NCBI GenBank assembly: GCA_964520805.1
Contig: CAZFQH010000001.1
Location: 1 to 35,079, forward strand
Length of the DNA: 35,079 nt
Source: an uncultured Acidobacteriota bacterium
Lineage (GTDB): Bacteria; Acidobacteriota; Vicinamibacteria; Fen-336; JAGNNV01
Reading direction: 5' to 3'
Shown here: piece after piece, positions 24,447 to 34,279 of the stretch
How positions within the stretch are numbered: the stretch's first letter is position 1
Layout of the letters: every line of letters starts with the position of its first letter
Notes under the pieces: generated by a model
The model's database searches: none
Seen by the model: only the letters and a program-made list of their open reading frames with translations
What the model was told of the DNA's origin: nothing
Program-made: the position numbers and the translations under genes

Positions 24447-27295
24447 ATGAAGTTCCCGAAGTTTTGGCGCCTCGCGACGCAGGGTTCATGTATGAGCCTC
24501 ACGAGATCCTGGTGCCTCGCGCTTGTGGTCGCCCTGATGGCCAGCGTCAGCGTGGCGCAGACCCAGATCGATGGGACGATCGAGGGAAGGGTCCTGGACA
24601 GCCAGGGGCTCGCCGTGCCCGGCGCGACGGTGACGGTTTCGAGTCCCGCCCTGATTCAAACCATGATCGTCGTCACCAGCGCCGAGGGTCGTTATCGCGC
24701 GACCCGGCTTCCCCGGGGCGTCTACAGCGTGCGAGTCACGATGGACGGCTTCAGTACCCGCGAGCTCACTGGTATCGCGCTTTCGGTTGGGAGGGTCCTC
24801 GTGATCAACCCCACGATCGAACCTGGCGGAACCGCGGAGTCGGTCACCGTCGAGGCCGAAACGCCCGTGATCGACACCCAGCAGGTGAAGAACGTGCAGA
24901 CGATCACCAAGGAGGTTGTTGATCAACTGCCTCTGAGCCGTGACCCCATTTTGGGACCGACACAGCTCGCTCCCGGTGTCGTCGAACGCACGGTGGCGGG
25001 CTCGCGACGCAACGAGACCAACTTCCTGGTGGACGGTGCCAACCAGAACGCTCCGAATCAGGGATACGCGGAGGCCAATATCAGCTGGGATGCCGTGGAA
25101 GAAATCGAGTTCATCACCACCTCGAACCCGATGGAGAACTATGGCGCGATCGGCGGCACGCTCAACCTCGTGACCCGCAGCGGGGGTAACCGCTTCAGCG
25201 GTATGGGCAGCTTCTATTTCACCAACCGGGACCTGAACCAGGTAATCCTGCCGAAGGAGCACGCGAACACGCTCGGGGTCAGCCAGCCCACGCTGAAAGA
25301 GTACGAGCGCGACGCTTCCCTCCGGCTCGGCGGTCCGATCGGTCGGTTCCTCCGCGGCTCACCCAGAAAACCCAGCGCGACTTCACCGCCATTTCGAAGA
25401 GCCTGGCCAGCCAGCTCACCTGGACGGTCGGGCCGCAGACCCTGGTTGACGCCCGCCTGGGGGTCTGGCGTTTCAACGGCAGAAATCTGGCGCAGGCCGG
25501 GACTGAGATGAACCCACACTACATCGACCGCTTCACCGGATACGAGTGGGGGCGCCGTGGCCCGGATCAGCGGCTGGGAGACAAGCGCAACTACAACGGC
25601 TCACTCAGCATCACTCATAACAAGAGCGGCTGGGGCGGCTCACACGAATTGAAGGCGGGCGTCGAGTACCAGCCCACGTTCGGTCAGGCGCTCGTATGGT
25701 CGCCCGGCAACTCGATCCGCAACTGGGACGTCTGGAACTCGAACCTCTACTTCTACCGCGGCCGGGACGGACTAACCGCCCCCGGTCCCTTCGGGGACGG
25801 ACGGATGCTCTTCGGAACCAACGGCACCGTCGAAGGATGCTGCGGGCTGGCCGAGGACATGGACCGTTCTGGCGCCTTCGTCTCGGACGTCTGGCGCCTG
25901 AACGACCGCCTGACCCTGAATCTGGGTCTGAGATACGACCGCACGAAGTCAGGGGTCCCTGACGTCGTGAAGACCCCCGCCGACCCGCTCGCGGTGGCGA
26001 TCGGCGAGGCGGTCTTTCGCCCGCGCTGGGGCATCAATCCCTTTGGACCGCTCAGCTCTGCGGGAGACGCCGATTGCCTTCCGTGGAAGGGCTTCTCGGG
26101 GCTGGCGGGCTTTGCCTACGACCTGACTGGCGATCGGCAGACCATCGTAAAAGCCCACTTCGCGCGCTACCAGGAGCGGCTGACCGCGTGGATCTTCAAC
26201 TTCGACATCCCGTCCGGAGACGCGACCTTCCTCATGAACTGGTGGGACGACAACCGCAATGGTCGGCCCGATGCGCCGGGAATCGACCGCTGGGCGCAGG
26301 CGGACACCGCGAGCCCCCTCGGGCTCACCGGCACCACCTGGCAGCAGAACATCGACCCCGACATAAAGACTCCCTTCATGAACGAGTTTCGGATGGGAGT
26401 CGAGCGCCAGCTCGGCGACTTCAACGTCGGGGTGGCTGGCCTCTACCGTGACCGCAAAAACCAGATCACCGACCGGCTCTACGATCTGAAGACCGGCAAG
26501 TATTGGAGCGACGTTGACTCGGGCTACTGGATCCCCTTCAAAACGACGGTGCCCACGGCGGGAGCCGGCTTCCCTGCAGTGCCGGTCACGCTCTACTTCC
26601 AGAGTCAGGGCGCGCCTGCCCGCTTCACCCGACTGACCAACGTCCCTGACGCCGTCGGCCGGTACACGGCCCTCGACATCACGGTCAACCGGCGCTGGAA
26701 GGGCGATTACATGCTCGGCGGCTCGGTGGTCTTCTCGAAGAACTACGGGACCTACGACGAGTCCGGAGCCGACCCCGGACGCGGGCAATTCCAGACCCCG
26801 AACTTCCTGACCAACCGCGCAGGCGCGCGGCAGGCCTTCGACCGACCCCTTGTCGTCAAGTTGTGGGGAAGCGTGATGCTGCCGGGCAAGGTGAGAACCT
26901 CGTTCAACTTCATCCAGAGCAGCGGTGCCCCCTGGAACCGCACGGTGACCGTGCAGCCGCCCGCACAGTGGGCCGCCGCAACCGGCGCTGCCACTGCGAG
27001 CGAGACGGTCTGGCTGGAGCCGACCGGGGCGCGACGGAACCAGTCCACGGCCAACCTGGACCTCCGCGTGGAGAAGCTGTTCCGCTTTGGGAAGGGCCAC
27101 GAGATGGGCCTCTTCGCCGACATGTTTAACGTCACGGGCTTTTCGTACGTGACCTACCAGTCGAACCCTGGCGGGACCTGGTCACCGGACGCCGAGAACA
27201 CGACTGCGGGGAGGTTCACCCCGGTCTCGACGGGAGCGCGGAGCCAAACCGGGGTTCGGACGTTCAGGCTCTCCGTCCGGTACACCTTCAACTAG
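24447..27295 (+). pseudogene. TonB-dependent receptor paralog disrupted by an internal ~220-bp deletion and frameshift
   Basis: Two track ORFs (24441-25511 and 25508-27295) are collinear with the N- and C-terminal parts of 7412-10432. Homology switches frame at 25338-25348. The equivalent of TBDR1 nt 8258-8488 (77 codons) is replaced by 11 nt. Confidence 0.75.
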
Positions 27296-27307
27296 GGGAA
27301 GATAGCG

Positions 27308-29170
27308 ATGACTGTCCAAAAGGGTGGTGCCAAACCGCGGTCTGGTGGCCCATGGGGGGCTCGATGGCTCGCTGCCGCCGCATTCTGTGCGGTGCTCGCT
27401 CCTGGGGTGTGCCTCGGCGCTTCCAGAGGGGAGATCGGTGCGGGCGCGGCGCGCCGCCCGAACGTAATCCTGGTGATGACCGATGACCAGGGCTACGGGG
27501 ACCTGGGCATTCACGGCAACGAGGTCATCCGCACCCCCAGTCTGGATCGGCTCGCGGAGCAGAGCGTTCGCCTCACCGACTTCCACGTCGACCCCACCTG
27601 CTCGCCCACGCGCGCCGCGCTCCTGACGGGTCGCTATTCGACCCGCACCGGGGTCTGGCACACGATCATGGGCCGTTCGTTCATGGCGCCGGGCGAGCGC
27701 ACGATCGCCGAGCTGTTCGCGGAAGCCGGGTACCGCACGGGAATGTTCGGCAAATGGCATCTGGGGGACAACTACCCGCTTCGGCCTCACGACCAAGGCT
27801 TCCAGGAGGCGCTGTACCACGGTGGCGGTGTCCTTGGACAGGTGGGTGACCACATGGGCAACGACATGTACGACGACACATACTTCCGCAACGGCACCCC
27901 CGAGGCGGTCACCGGCTACACGACCAACGTCTGGTTCGACGAGGCCCTCTCGTTCGTCCAGCGGAACCGCGAACGCCCCTTCTTCCTGTATCTGGCGCCG
28001 AACGCTGCCCACTGGCCCTACTTCGTGGACGACAAGTACGTCCAGCCCTACCTTGACGCCTCGGTGCCTCCGACCATGGCCCGCTTCTATGGAATGATCA
28101 CCAACGTCGACGAAAACGTCGGGCGGCTGACCCAGCGCCTGCGGGAACTGGGCCTGGAGGACAACACCATTCTGGTCTTCATGACCGACAACGGATCCGC
28201 GGAGGGCTGGAGTAACTGGAGGGACGAGCCGGGCACCTGGAAGGGCTTTAAGGCTGGCATGCGCGACGGTAAGGGTTCCGAGTACGACGGCGGACACCGC
28301 GTTCCGTTCTTCGTGCGCTGGCCGGCGGGGGGGGTCAAAGGCGGCCGTAAGGTCGATCTCCTCAGCGCCCACATTGACGTGTTGCCCACGCTGGCCGAGA
28401 TGTGCCGCGTGGAACTGCCGAAGGGGCTCCAACTCGACGGCGTCAGCCTCCTGCCAGCCCTGAAGGACGCGTCCTCAGCAGGCGGCCTCACCCCGAGCCG
28501 AACCGCAGGCGACGCAGGATCGAAGGCGGACCGGGTCCTGTTCGTGCACTCGCAGCGCGTCGATGTCCCGATCAAGTGGCGCCGGTCCTCAGTGATGACT
28601 GATCGATGGCGCCTGATCAACGGCGAGCAGCTCTACGACATCGAATCCGACCCGGGGCAGGAGGCGGACGTCGCGTTAGGCCACCCGAGCGTGGTGGCGA
28701 ACCTGCGTGCCGCCTACGATAAGTGGTGGACGAGCCTCGAGCCGGTCTTTGGCGATGTGGTGCGCATCGGCCTGGGCGCGGACGCGGCGAACCCGACGGC
28801 GCTGACCTCGCACGACTGGCGCACCGCTGATGAGTCCCAGGTCGTCTGGAACGCCAACCAGGTCAACTCCGCTAATCCCGGGAACGGCTACTGGGCGGTC
28901 GACGTGATGCGGGCCGGAGTGTACGAGATCGAGTTGCGGCGCTGGCCTCGCCCAAGCCGGCTCGGGATCGATGCGCAGCGTGCGCGACTCCGGATCGGAG
29001 ACGTCGAGGCGGAGAAAGTGACATCCCCGTTCGATCCCGGCGCGACCTTTCGCGTCGAGCTCAAGGCCGGACCGACGATGTTGCAGTCGTGGCTGCGCGG
29101 GCGCGGCGGAGCGGAGCGCGGCGCCTACTTCGTTTATGTGCGCCGCCTGGATTCATCGGCCAAAAAGTGA
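27308..29170 (+). CDS. S1-family sulfatase, Cys-type, with extended C-terminal region
   Basis: ATG lies 12 nt after the TBDR2 stop. Strings include NVILVMTDDQGYGDLG, the formylglycine motif CSPTR, and GKWHLG. The ~150-aa C-terminal extension is beta-rich. Confidence 0.9.
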   Translation: MTVQKGGAKPRSGGPWGARWLAAAAFCAVLAPGVCLGASRGEIGAGAARRPNVILVMTDDQGYGDLGIHGNEVIRTPSLDRLAEQSVRLTDFHVDPTCSPTRAALLTGRYSTRTGVWHTIMGRSFMAPGERTIAELFAEAGYRTGMFGKWHLGDNYPLRPHDQGFQEALYHGGGVLGQVGDHMGNDMYDDTYFRNGTPEAVTGYTTNVWFDEALSFVQRNRERPFFLYLAPNAAHWPYFVDDKYVQPYLDASVPPTMARFYGMITNVDENVGRLTQRLRELGLEDNTILVFMTDNGSAEGWSNWRDEPGTWKGFKAGMRDGKGSEYDGGHRVPFFVRWPAGGVKGGRKVDLLSAHIDVLPTLAEMCRVELPKGLQLDGVSLLPALKDASSAGGLTPSRTAGDAGSKADRVLFVHSQRVDVPIKWRRSSVMTDRWRLINGEQLYDIESDPGQEADVALGHPSVVANLRAAYDKWWTSLEPVFGDVVRIGLGADAANPTALTSHDWRTADESQVVWNANQVNSANPGNGYWAVDVMRAGVYEIELRRWPRPSRLGIDAQRARLRIGDVEAEKVTSPFDPGATFRVELKAGPTMLQSWLRGRGGAERGAYFVYVRRLDSSAKK

Positions 29171-29242
29171 CGTAAGACAAAAGACCGGCGTCGCCAGGCG
29201 GCCGGAGCGAGGAGAGCACATGGTATCGAGCGTTGGTCCGCG

Positions 29243-31561
29243 TTACGGACTCGCCCGAAGGCTGGCGATCAAACGCTGGACTTGCGGATCGCCCGGTCGA
29301 AGGGTTCGCAGTCGCTCCGCCCACTCCAGAGCCTGGGCTTTGCGTCCCGACTGCGCGTAGAAGACGGCGAGGGCGTAAGGCGTCGCCGGGTCTTCGGGGT
29401 CGAGCCGTTGCGCCCGCAGCAGAGACGCTTCGGCGAGGTCCTTAAGGCCCGTCTGGTCGAGAGCCAGACCGTAGTTGTAGTGCACTTTCGCCTGAGTCGG
29501 CAGAAGTTTCGCGGCCTCCGCCAGGGCATCAATCGCCTCCGCCATGCGCTTCTCCTCGGCCAGAAGCAGCCCGAGAGAGTACTGAAGCTCGCCGAGTCGC
29601 GGGTTGCGCCTGAGGCCCTCGGCGAGAATCCGTTCGGCGTCGGCATTCCGCCCGAGACCGCTGTAGAGCTGGGCCAGATTGGCCCGCGCCGCGGTGAAGT
29701 CGGGATCGATCTTCAGGGCGCCAAGGTAGTGCTTCTCTGCCGGCTCTCGCCGGCCGGTGTTCTCGTAAACGATGGCTAGATTGAACTGCGCGCCCGGCAT
29801 GTCGAGGGCCACGCTCTGGGCCGCGATGTACTCGGACAGCGCGGCCTCGAAGGCCGCACGCATCTCAGGTTTCAGTGGATCGACGGGGAGCGAGGAGAGA
29901 TTGCGCGCGGCCGCAACGCGCACGGCACGAACGGAATCGGTGAGCAGGGGAGCGAGGACTTCGAGGCGTTGCGAGGCGCTCAATCCCTCCACGCTGTCCG
30001 CCGCGGCCGCGCGCAATTCGGGGTCCGGGTGGAGCGCCGCCTTTATTCGGGCCTCCGCTCCGATGTACGGCTCGTGGCGCAATTCGGCGAGGGCGCTGGC
30101 CCGAACGATGGGGGGAAGGTCCAGTCGGCCGACAAGGGAGGCCACGGCCTCGCTCCCCGACGCCTCGCCCGCGCGGGCCGCCGCGAACGCCTCGCCGTAA
30201 TGCGGTCCCTGCTTCCGCACGGGTCCGTACCACTTCATCACGGCCTCGGCCGACCATTGCGCCGACTTGCCGGCATGGCACATCGTGCACGCGTCGGGCG
30301 TACCGATCTTCACCGATACATCGGGGCGGGGGATTCTTATGCTGTGGTCCGGCCGGCCCTGAATCCGCATGTAAGTGGTTCGGGGCATGTGGCAGCTCAC
30401 GCAGGAAGCGCCGGTCGATCCCGTTTTGTGGAAATGGTGCGCGGGCGACTCGAAGTTTCCGGCCGCACTCGGGAAGCTGGGGTTCGGATCGGGTTTGTGA
30501 CACTGCAGGCACACCGCGTCGCCTGCCAGCTTGAGCTTGCCGGTGTGGGGGTTGTGGCAGTTCGTGCAGGTGACGCCCCGCTCGAACATGCGGGACTGAC
30601 GGAACGACGCATCGACGTAGACCTCATCAAGCTGCTGGCCATCCGGGTGGTACAGCCCCGGAACCAGGAGGCTCGGAAGATAGTTGTCGAGGATCGGTTC
30701 GCCGGGAAGGGGCGATGGGGTGAGTTCGCTGCGCCTCGAATGGCAGGGTGCGCACAGCTCGGTCCTGCGCCGTGCATCCGCTCCCCTGATATCGACGGTG
30801 AGGCCATGTGGTTCGCCCTTGATCTCGGGAACCGGCGTGCCCGCGCCACGAAGATCCGTCTCGTAGCGGACATGACGGTCGCCCGGGCCGTGACACGCCT
30901 GGCACGAAACGTTGGGCTCAGTCCAGCGCGACTCGAAGGTGTCGGTCGCCGGGTCGTAGCCCTTCTCAAACTGCGTGGTGTGGCACACGATGCACATCGT
31001 GTTCGCGGTCTGATAGCGGCCGGTCCAGTGGAGGATGTCGCCCGGCGGCAGGTTCTCGTTGGGAAGCAGATGGAACCACCGTTTCTTCGGGCTGTCCCAG
31101 GCGATGCCGAGAGGCTGCAGGCGTCCTCCCGGCATTTCAATCAGATACTGCTGAAGGGGATCGAGGCCGAATGTGTACTTGATCTGAAAATCGGCCAGCT
31201 TACCGTCGGGCCCCTCGGTCTTCACGAAGAAGTCTTCGCCCCGCTTGAAGAATTGCGAGGTCACGCCGCGATGGACGAAAGTCCGGTTCTGGAAGTCCCC
31301 CCGCACCGTCGCTGCGCCGGGCGAGGCCATGGCGAGCGCGTGGTGCGAGTCCCGCCACTCTCGCCCTTCCTCCTGGTGGCAGCCGAGGCAGACTCCGTTA
31401 TCGACGTACTTCGCGGGAGCCCTCGGCGCCTCTTTGGGCTCTGTCGGCGCCGTCCGGCGCAGCCACGAGGAGCCCAGAATGAACACCGCTACCAGCGCGA
31501 AGGCGGCGGACCACCAAGCCAGTCTTCGCCGGAGTGGCCGATGCAAAGGGTCGACCGCCAT
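29243..31561 (-). CDS. Membrane-anchored octaheme c-type cytochrome fused to HEAT-like and TPR repeats
   Basis: N-terminal TM helix (WWSAAFALVAVFILGSSW). Eight CxxCH motifs: CLGCH, CIVCH, CQACH, CAPCH, CTNCH, CLQCH, CVSCH, CTMCH. The C-terminal third is TPR-like (AQFNLAIVYENTGR, ANLAQLYSGLGR, YSLGLLLAEEKR, YNYGLALDQTG, YALAVFYAQSGR). Confidence 0.85.
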   Translation of the reverse strand: MAVDPLHRPLRRRLAWWSAAFALVAVFILGSSWLRRTAPTEPKEAPRAPAKYVDNGVCLGCHQEEGREWRDSHHALAMASPGAATVRGDFQNRTFVHRGVTSQFFKRGEDFFVKTEGPDGKLADFQIKYTFGLDPLQQYLIEMPGGRLQPLGIAWDSPKKRWFHLLPNENLPPGDILHWTGRYQTANTMCIVCHTTQFEKGYDPATDTFESRWTEPNVSCQACHGPGDRHVRYETDLRGAGTPVPEIKGEPHGLTVDIRGADARRRTELCAPCHSRRSELTPSPLPGEPILDNYLPSLLVPGLYHPDGQQLDEVYVDASFRQSRMFERGVTCTNCHNPHTGKLKLAGDAVCLQCHKPDPNPSFPSAAGNFESPAHHFHKTGSTGASCVSCHMPRTTYMRIQGRPDHSIRIPRPDVSVKIGTPDACTMCHAGKSAQWSAEAVMKWYGPVRKQGPHYGEAFAAARAGEASGSEAVASLVGRLDLPPIVRASALAELRHEPYIGAEARIKAALHPDPELRAAAADSVEGLSASQRLEVLAPLLTDSVRAVRVAAARNLSSLPVDPLKPEMRAAFEAALSEYIAAQSVALDMPGAQFNLAIVYENTGRREPAEKHYLGALKIDPDFTAARANLAQLYSGLGRNADAERILAEGLRRNPRLGELQYSLGLLLAEEKRMAEAIDALAEAAKLLPTQAKVHYNYGLALDQTGLKDLAEASLLRAQRLDPEDPATPYALAVFYAQSGRKAQALEWAERLRTLRPGDPQVQRLIASLRASP

Positions 31562-31651
31562 AATCTTCCCATTATCCTATGCGAGTAAAGCACCCTTAGA
31601 AAGGGCTTGGCATCGAGCCGAGATGAATGTATTTTGGCAAGCGAGACACTT

Positions 31652-32599
31652 ATGAACACAGACATCTTCAAAGGCTGCGTTCCCGCGCTGATGACGCCCT
31701 GCCGGCCGGATCGCACGCCAGACTTCTCCGCGCTGGTGAAGAAGGGTCAGGCCCTGGTGGCGTCTGGCATGCGGGGCGTCGTCTATTGCGGGTCGATGGG
31801 CGACTGGCCGCTGCTGACTGATGAACAGCGTCAGGAAGGAGTGCAGCGACTGAGCGAAGCCGGCGTGCCCGTGGTGGTGGGCACGGGTGCTCAGAACTCG
31901 ACACGCGCCGCTGCTCACGCCGCGCACGCGCAGCGAGTCGGAGCCAGGGGGTTGATGGTCATTCCGAGAGTTCTCTCTCGCGGCGCTTCGGTGGCGGCTC
32001 AACGCGCGCACTTCGCGGGCGTTCTCGGCGCGGCTCCAGAGCTGCCGGCCGTGATCTACAACAGCCCCTACTACGGATTTGAAACCAAAGCCGACCTGTT
32101 CTTCGAACTGCGCCGCGAGTTTCCCAATCTGGTCGGCTTCAAGGAGTTTGGCGGTGCGGCCTCGCTGAGCTACGCCGCCGAGCACATCACTTATGCCGAC
32201 AGCGACGTGTTGCTCCTGGCCGGAGTCGACACCCAAGTCTGTCACGGCTTTATTCGATGCGGCGCCGCCGGTGCGATCACCGGAATCGGCAACTGCCTGC
32301 CTCGCGAAGTGTTGCACCTGATCGCCCTGTGCCGTCTGGCTGCTTCAGGCGATGTCGAAGCGAGGCGACTGGCTCACGAGCTGGAGGACGCCCTCGCCGA
32401 ATTGTCGCGCTTTGACGAAGGCCCTGACCTCGTCCTGTACTACAAGTATCTGCTCGTGCTGTTAGGCGACGCCGACTACACGTTGAACCTGAACGAATCG
32501 GATCAGCTTTCACCGAGCCAGCGGCGATTTGCGGAAGCGCAACTGAAGCTCTTCCAGCAGTGGTGGGATAGGTGGCCGGGCAAGTCGTATGGCGACTGA
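31652..32599 (+). CDS. DHDPS/N-acetylneuraminate-lyase-family class I aldolase/dehydratase-type enzyme
   Basis: ATG 31652 (MNTDIFKGCVPALMTPC). Family strings include the Tyr context IYNSPYY and the Schiff-base Lys context GFKEFGG. No clear SD. Confidence 0.8.
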   Translation: MNTDIFKGCVPALMTPCRPDRTPDFSALVKKGQALVASGMRGVVYCGSMGDWPLLTDEQRQEGVQRLSEAGVPVVVGTGAQNSTRAAAHAAHAQRVGARGLMVIPRVLSRGASVAAQRAHFAGVLGAAPELPAVIYNSPYYGFETKADLFFELRREFPNLVGFKEFGGAASLSYAAEHITYADSDVLLLAGVDTQVCHGFIRCGAAGAITGIGNCLPREVLHLIALCRLAASGDVEARRLAHELEDALAELSRFDEGPDLVLYYKYLLVLLGDADYTLNLNESDQLSPSQRRFAEAQLKLFQQWWDRWPGKSYGD

Positions 32600-32630
32600 T
32601 CGAGCCGACCGGCAAAGTTAATCGGTTAAA

Positions 32631-32670
32631 GCCGCGCGGGAGCCCTGCCGAACCTCGTGGCTCGCGCGGC
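32631..32670. terminator. GC-rich hairpin between convergent genes (candidate bidirectional terminator)
   Basis: GCCGCGCG-GG-AGCC (32631-32644) pairs with GGCT-CGCGCGGC (32659-32670): 12 bp with a 2-nt bulge and a 14-nt loop. Confidence 0.4.
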
Positions 32671-32692
32671 GGGCAGGTTCCGGGTTGTTCGT

Positions 32693-34279
32693 TCAGGCAC
32701 CCGCCAGGGGGCCGCGCCACCACTGGCCGTCGACCAGACGCCACACACGGTCGTGGGGCGGGGTGTCCCGCAGCCAGGGCGGAAGGCGGCCGGGGCGCAC
32801 CTGGTCGTAGCACTGGAGCATCGCGAAGCGGCGCAGCGAGGCGGGGATGCCGACCGCGGTGAAGCCGGGGTGGCCGGTCGAGGGATACGGGCCGCCGTGG
32901 TTCATCGCCGCGGTGACGGCGACGCCGGTCGGCATCTTGTCGTTCAGCAGGCGACCGACGCGCGGGCGCAGCCGCGGCTCGATGAAGTCGTGGAGCGCGT
33001 CGTCCGAGCCGCGCGTGTCCGTGTACAAGCTGCCGGTCAGACTGCCCTCGAGTCGCTCGACGATCGCCCCGAGTTGGTCTGAATCGCGCGCGACCACGAA
33101 GAGCGCCGCGTTGCCGAAGGCCTCGGTCTGCAACCGCTCCGGCGCCTTTAGGAACTCCTCCCCCGACGCACGCAGCAGGGTGTTGCAGAAGCGATAGCCC
33201 GGCTCCGTGACCGCCGTGCCGCCCGTGACCAGGCGTGCGCCCGCGGCCTGCAGAATGGCGACGCTCGCGGTCAGTGAGCGCGCCACCGCCTTTGAGAGCA
33301 GCGGCGTAGGCACCGCGGCCTCGAAGCGCGCCTTGACGCCGGTCACGAACTGCTCGCTCGCCTCCCCGGCCACGAGCAGCACCAGGCTCGGGCTGGTGCA
33401 GAACTGGCCCGTCCCCATCAAGCAGCTGGTGACGAACTCGTCCACGAGCGCGGCCCCGCGCTCGGCGAGCGCGCCCGGCAGCATCAACACCGGGTTGACC
33501 GCGCTCAGCTCAAGGTAAATTGGCTTACCCGCGGCGTCGGCCGCGACCTTGAGTTTGAGGCCGGCGTGCCGGCTGCCCGTGTAGCCCGTGGCGCCGGTGC
33601 GCGGGTCGGCGACCAGTCGCTCGCCGTCCGCGTGGCTGGTGCGGTAGATGAGTTGCACGCTCGAAGCCGGCAGTCCGGCCTCGCCCAGTGCTTTGAAGGC
33701 CTCCTCGGCCAGCAGGCGTGTGGTGCCCGGATGGGAGCTGTTGGCCTTGGCGATGACCGGGTTCCCGGCCGAAAGCGCGGCCACGAAGTCGCCGCCCGCA
33801 ACGCTGTTGAAGGCGAACGGGAAGTTGTTGGGACCGAACACCCAGACCGGGCCGATCGGCGCGAGCATCGAGCGGATGTTGAGCTTGGTGTCGATAGTCG
33901 GGAGCGCCCAGGAGCCTTCCCGCGCGGCGAAGGCACCCTGCCGCAGCTGGCCGGTTGTGCGCGGCAGCTCGACCTCGGCGAGCCGCGGCGTGCGGGCCAG
34001 GCCGGTTTCTGCGTGGGCCATCTCCACGAGCTCGTCCTTGCGCGCTTCGATGCGTGCCGCGAAGGCCTCGAGGAACACCGCCCGCTTCTCGGAGGGCTGC
34101 GCGCGCAGCACGGCGGCGGCGGTGGTGGCCGCGGTCAGGGCTTCATCGCAGTCGGCCCAGTCGCTGATCGGATACTCGCCCGGTAGGCGCTCCCCGGTGG
34201 CCGGGTTCTCGGCGCTGAAAAATCCCCTGGATTGGGCCGGGCGCCACTGACCGGCGATGAGGACAGGATGCATGGTCAT
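32693..34279 (-). CDS. NADP-type aldehyde dehydrogenase, alpha-ketoglutarate semialdehyde (2,5-dioxovalerate) dehydrogenase-like
   Basis: I chose ATG 34279 (MTMHPVLIAGQW), giving 528 aa. The strings FGPNNFPFAF, ELSAVNPV and the catalytic Cys context GQFCTSP fit the KGSADH-type ALDH group. The longer track ORF adds a non-homologous, Arg-rich 136-aa extension. Confidence 0.85.
   Translation of the reverse strand: MTMHPVLIAGQWRPAQSRGFFSAENPATGERLPGEYPISDWADCDEALTAATTAAAVLRAQPSEKRAVFLEAFAARIEARKDELVEMAHAETGLARTPRLAEVELPRTTGQLRQGAFAAREGSWALPTIDTKLNIRSMLAPIGPVWVFGPNNFPFAFNSVAGGDFVAALSAGNPVIAKANSSHPGTTRLLAEEAFKALGEAGLPASSVQLIYRTSHADGERLVADPRTGATGYTGSRHAGLKLKVAADAAGKPIYLELSAVNPVLMLPGALAERGAALVDEFVTSCLMGTGQFCTSPSLVLLVAGEASEQFVTGVKARFEAAVPTPLLSKAVARSLTASVAILQAAGARLVTGGTAVTEPGYRFCNTLLRASGEEFLKAPERLQTEAFGNAALFVVARDSDQLGAIVERLEGSLTGSLYTDTRGSDDALHDFIEPRLRPRVGRLLNDKMPTGVAVTAAMNHGGPYPSTGHPGFTAVGIPASLRRFAMLQCYDQVRPGRLPPWLRDTPPHDRVWRLVDGQWWRGPLAGA

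Larger units (their letters stand above)
24144..25337 (+). repeat. Segmental duplication, copy 2 (TBDR upstream region + 5' third of the TBDR gene)
   Basis: Counterpart of 7101-8257. No AraC gene lies upstream of this copy; homology starts at CCAATC / GGTCATGAATCGCGATG (24144-24169). Confidence 0.8.
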
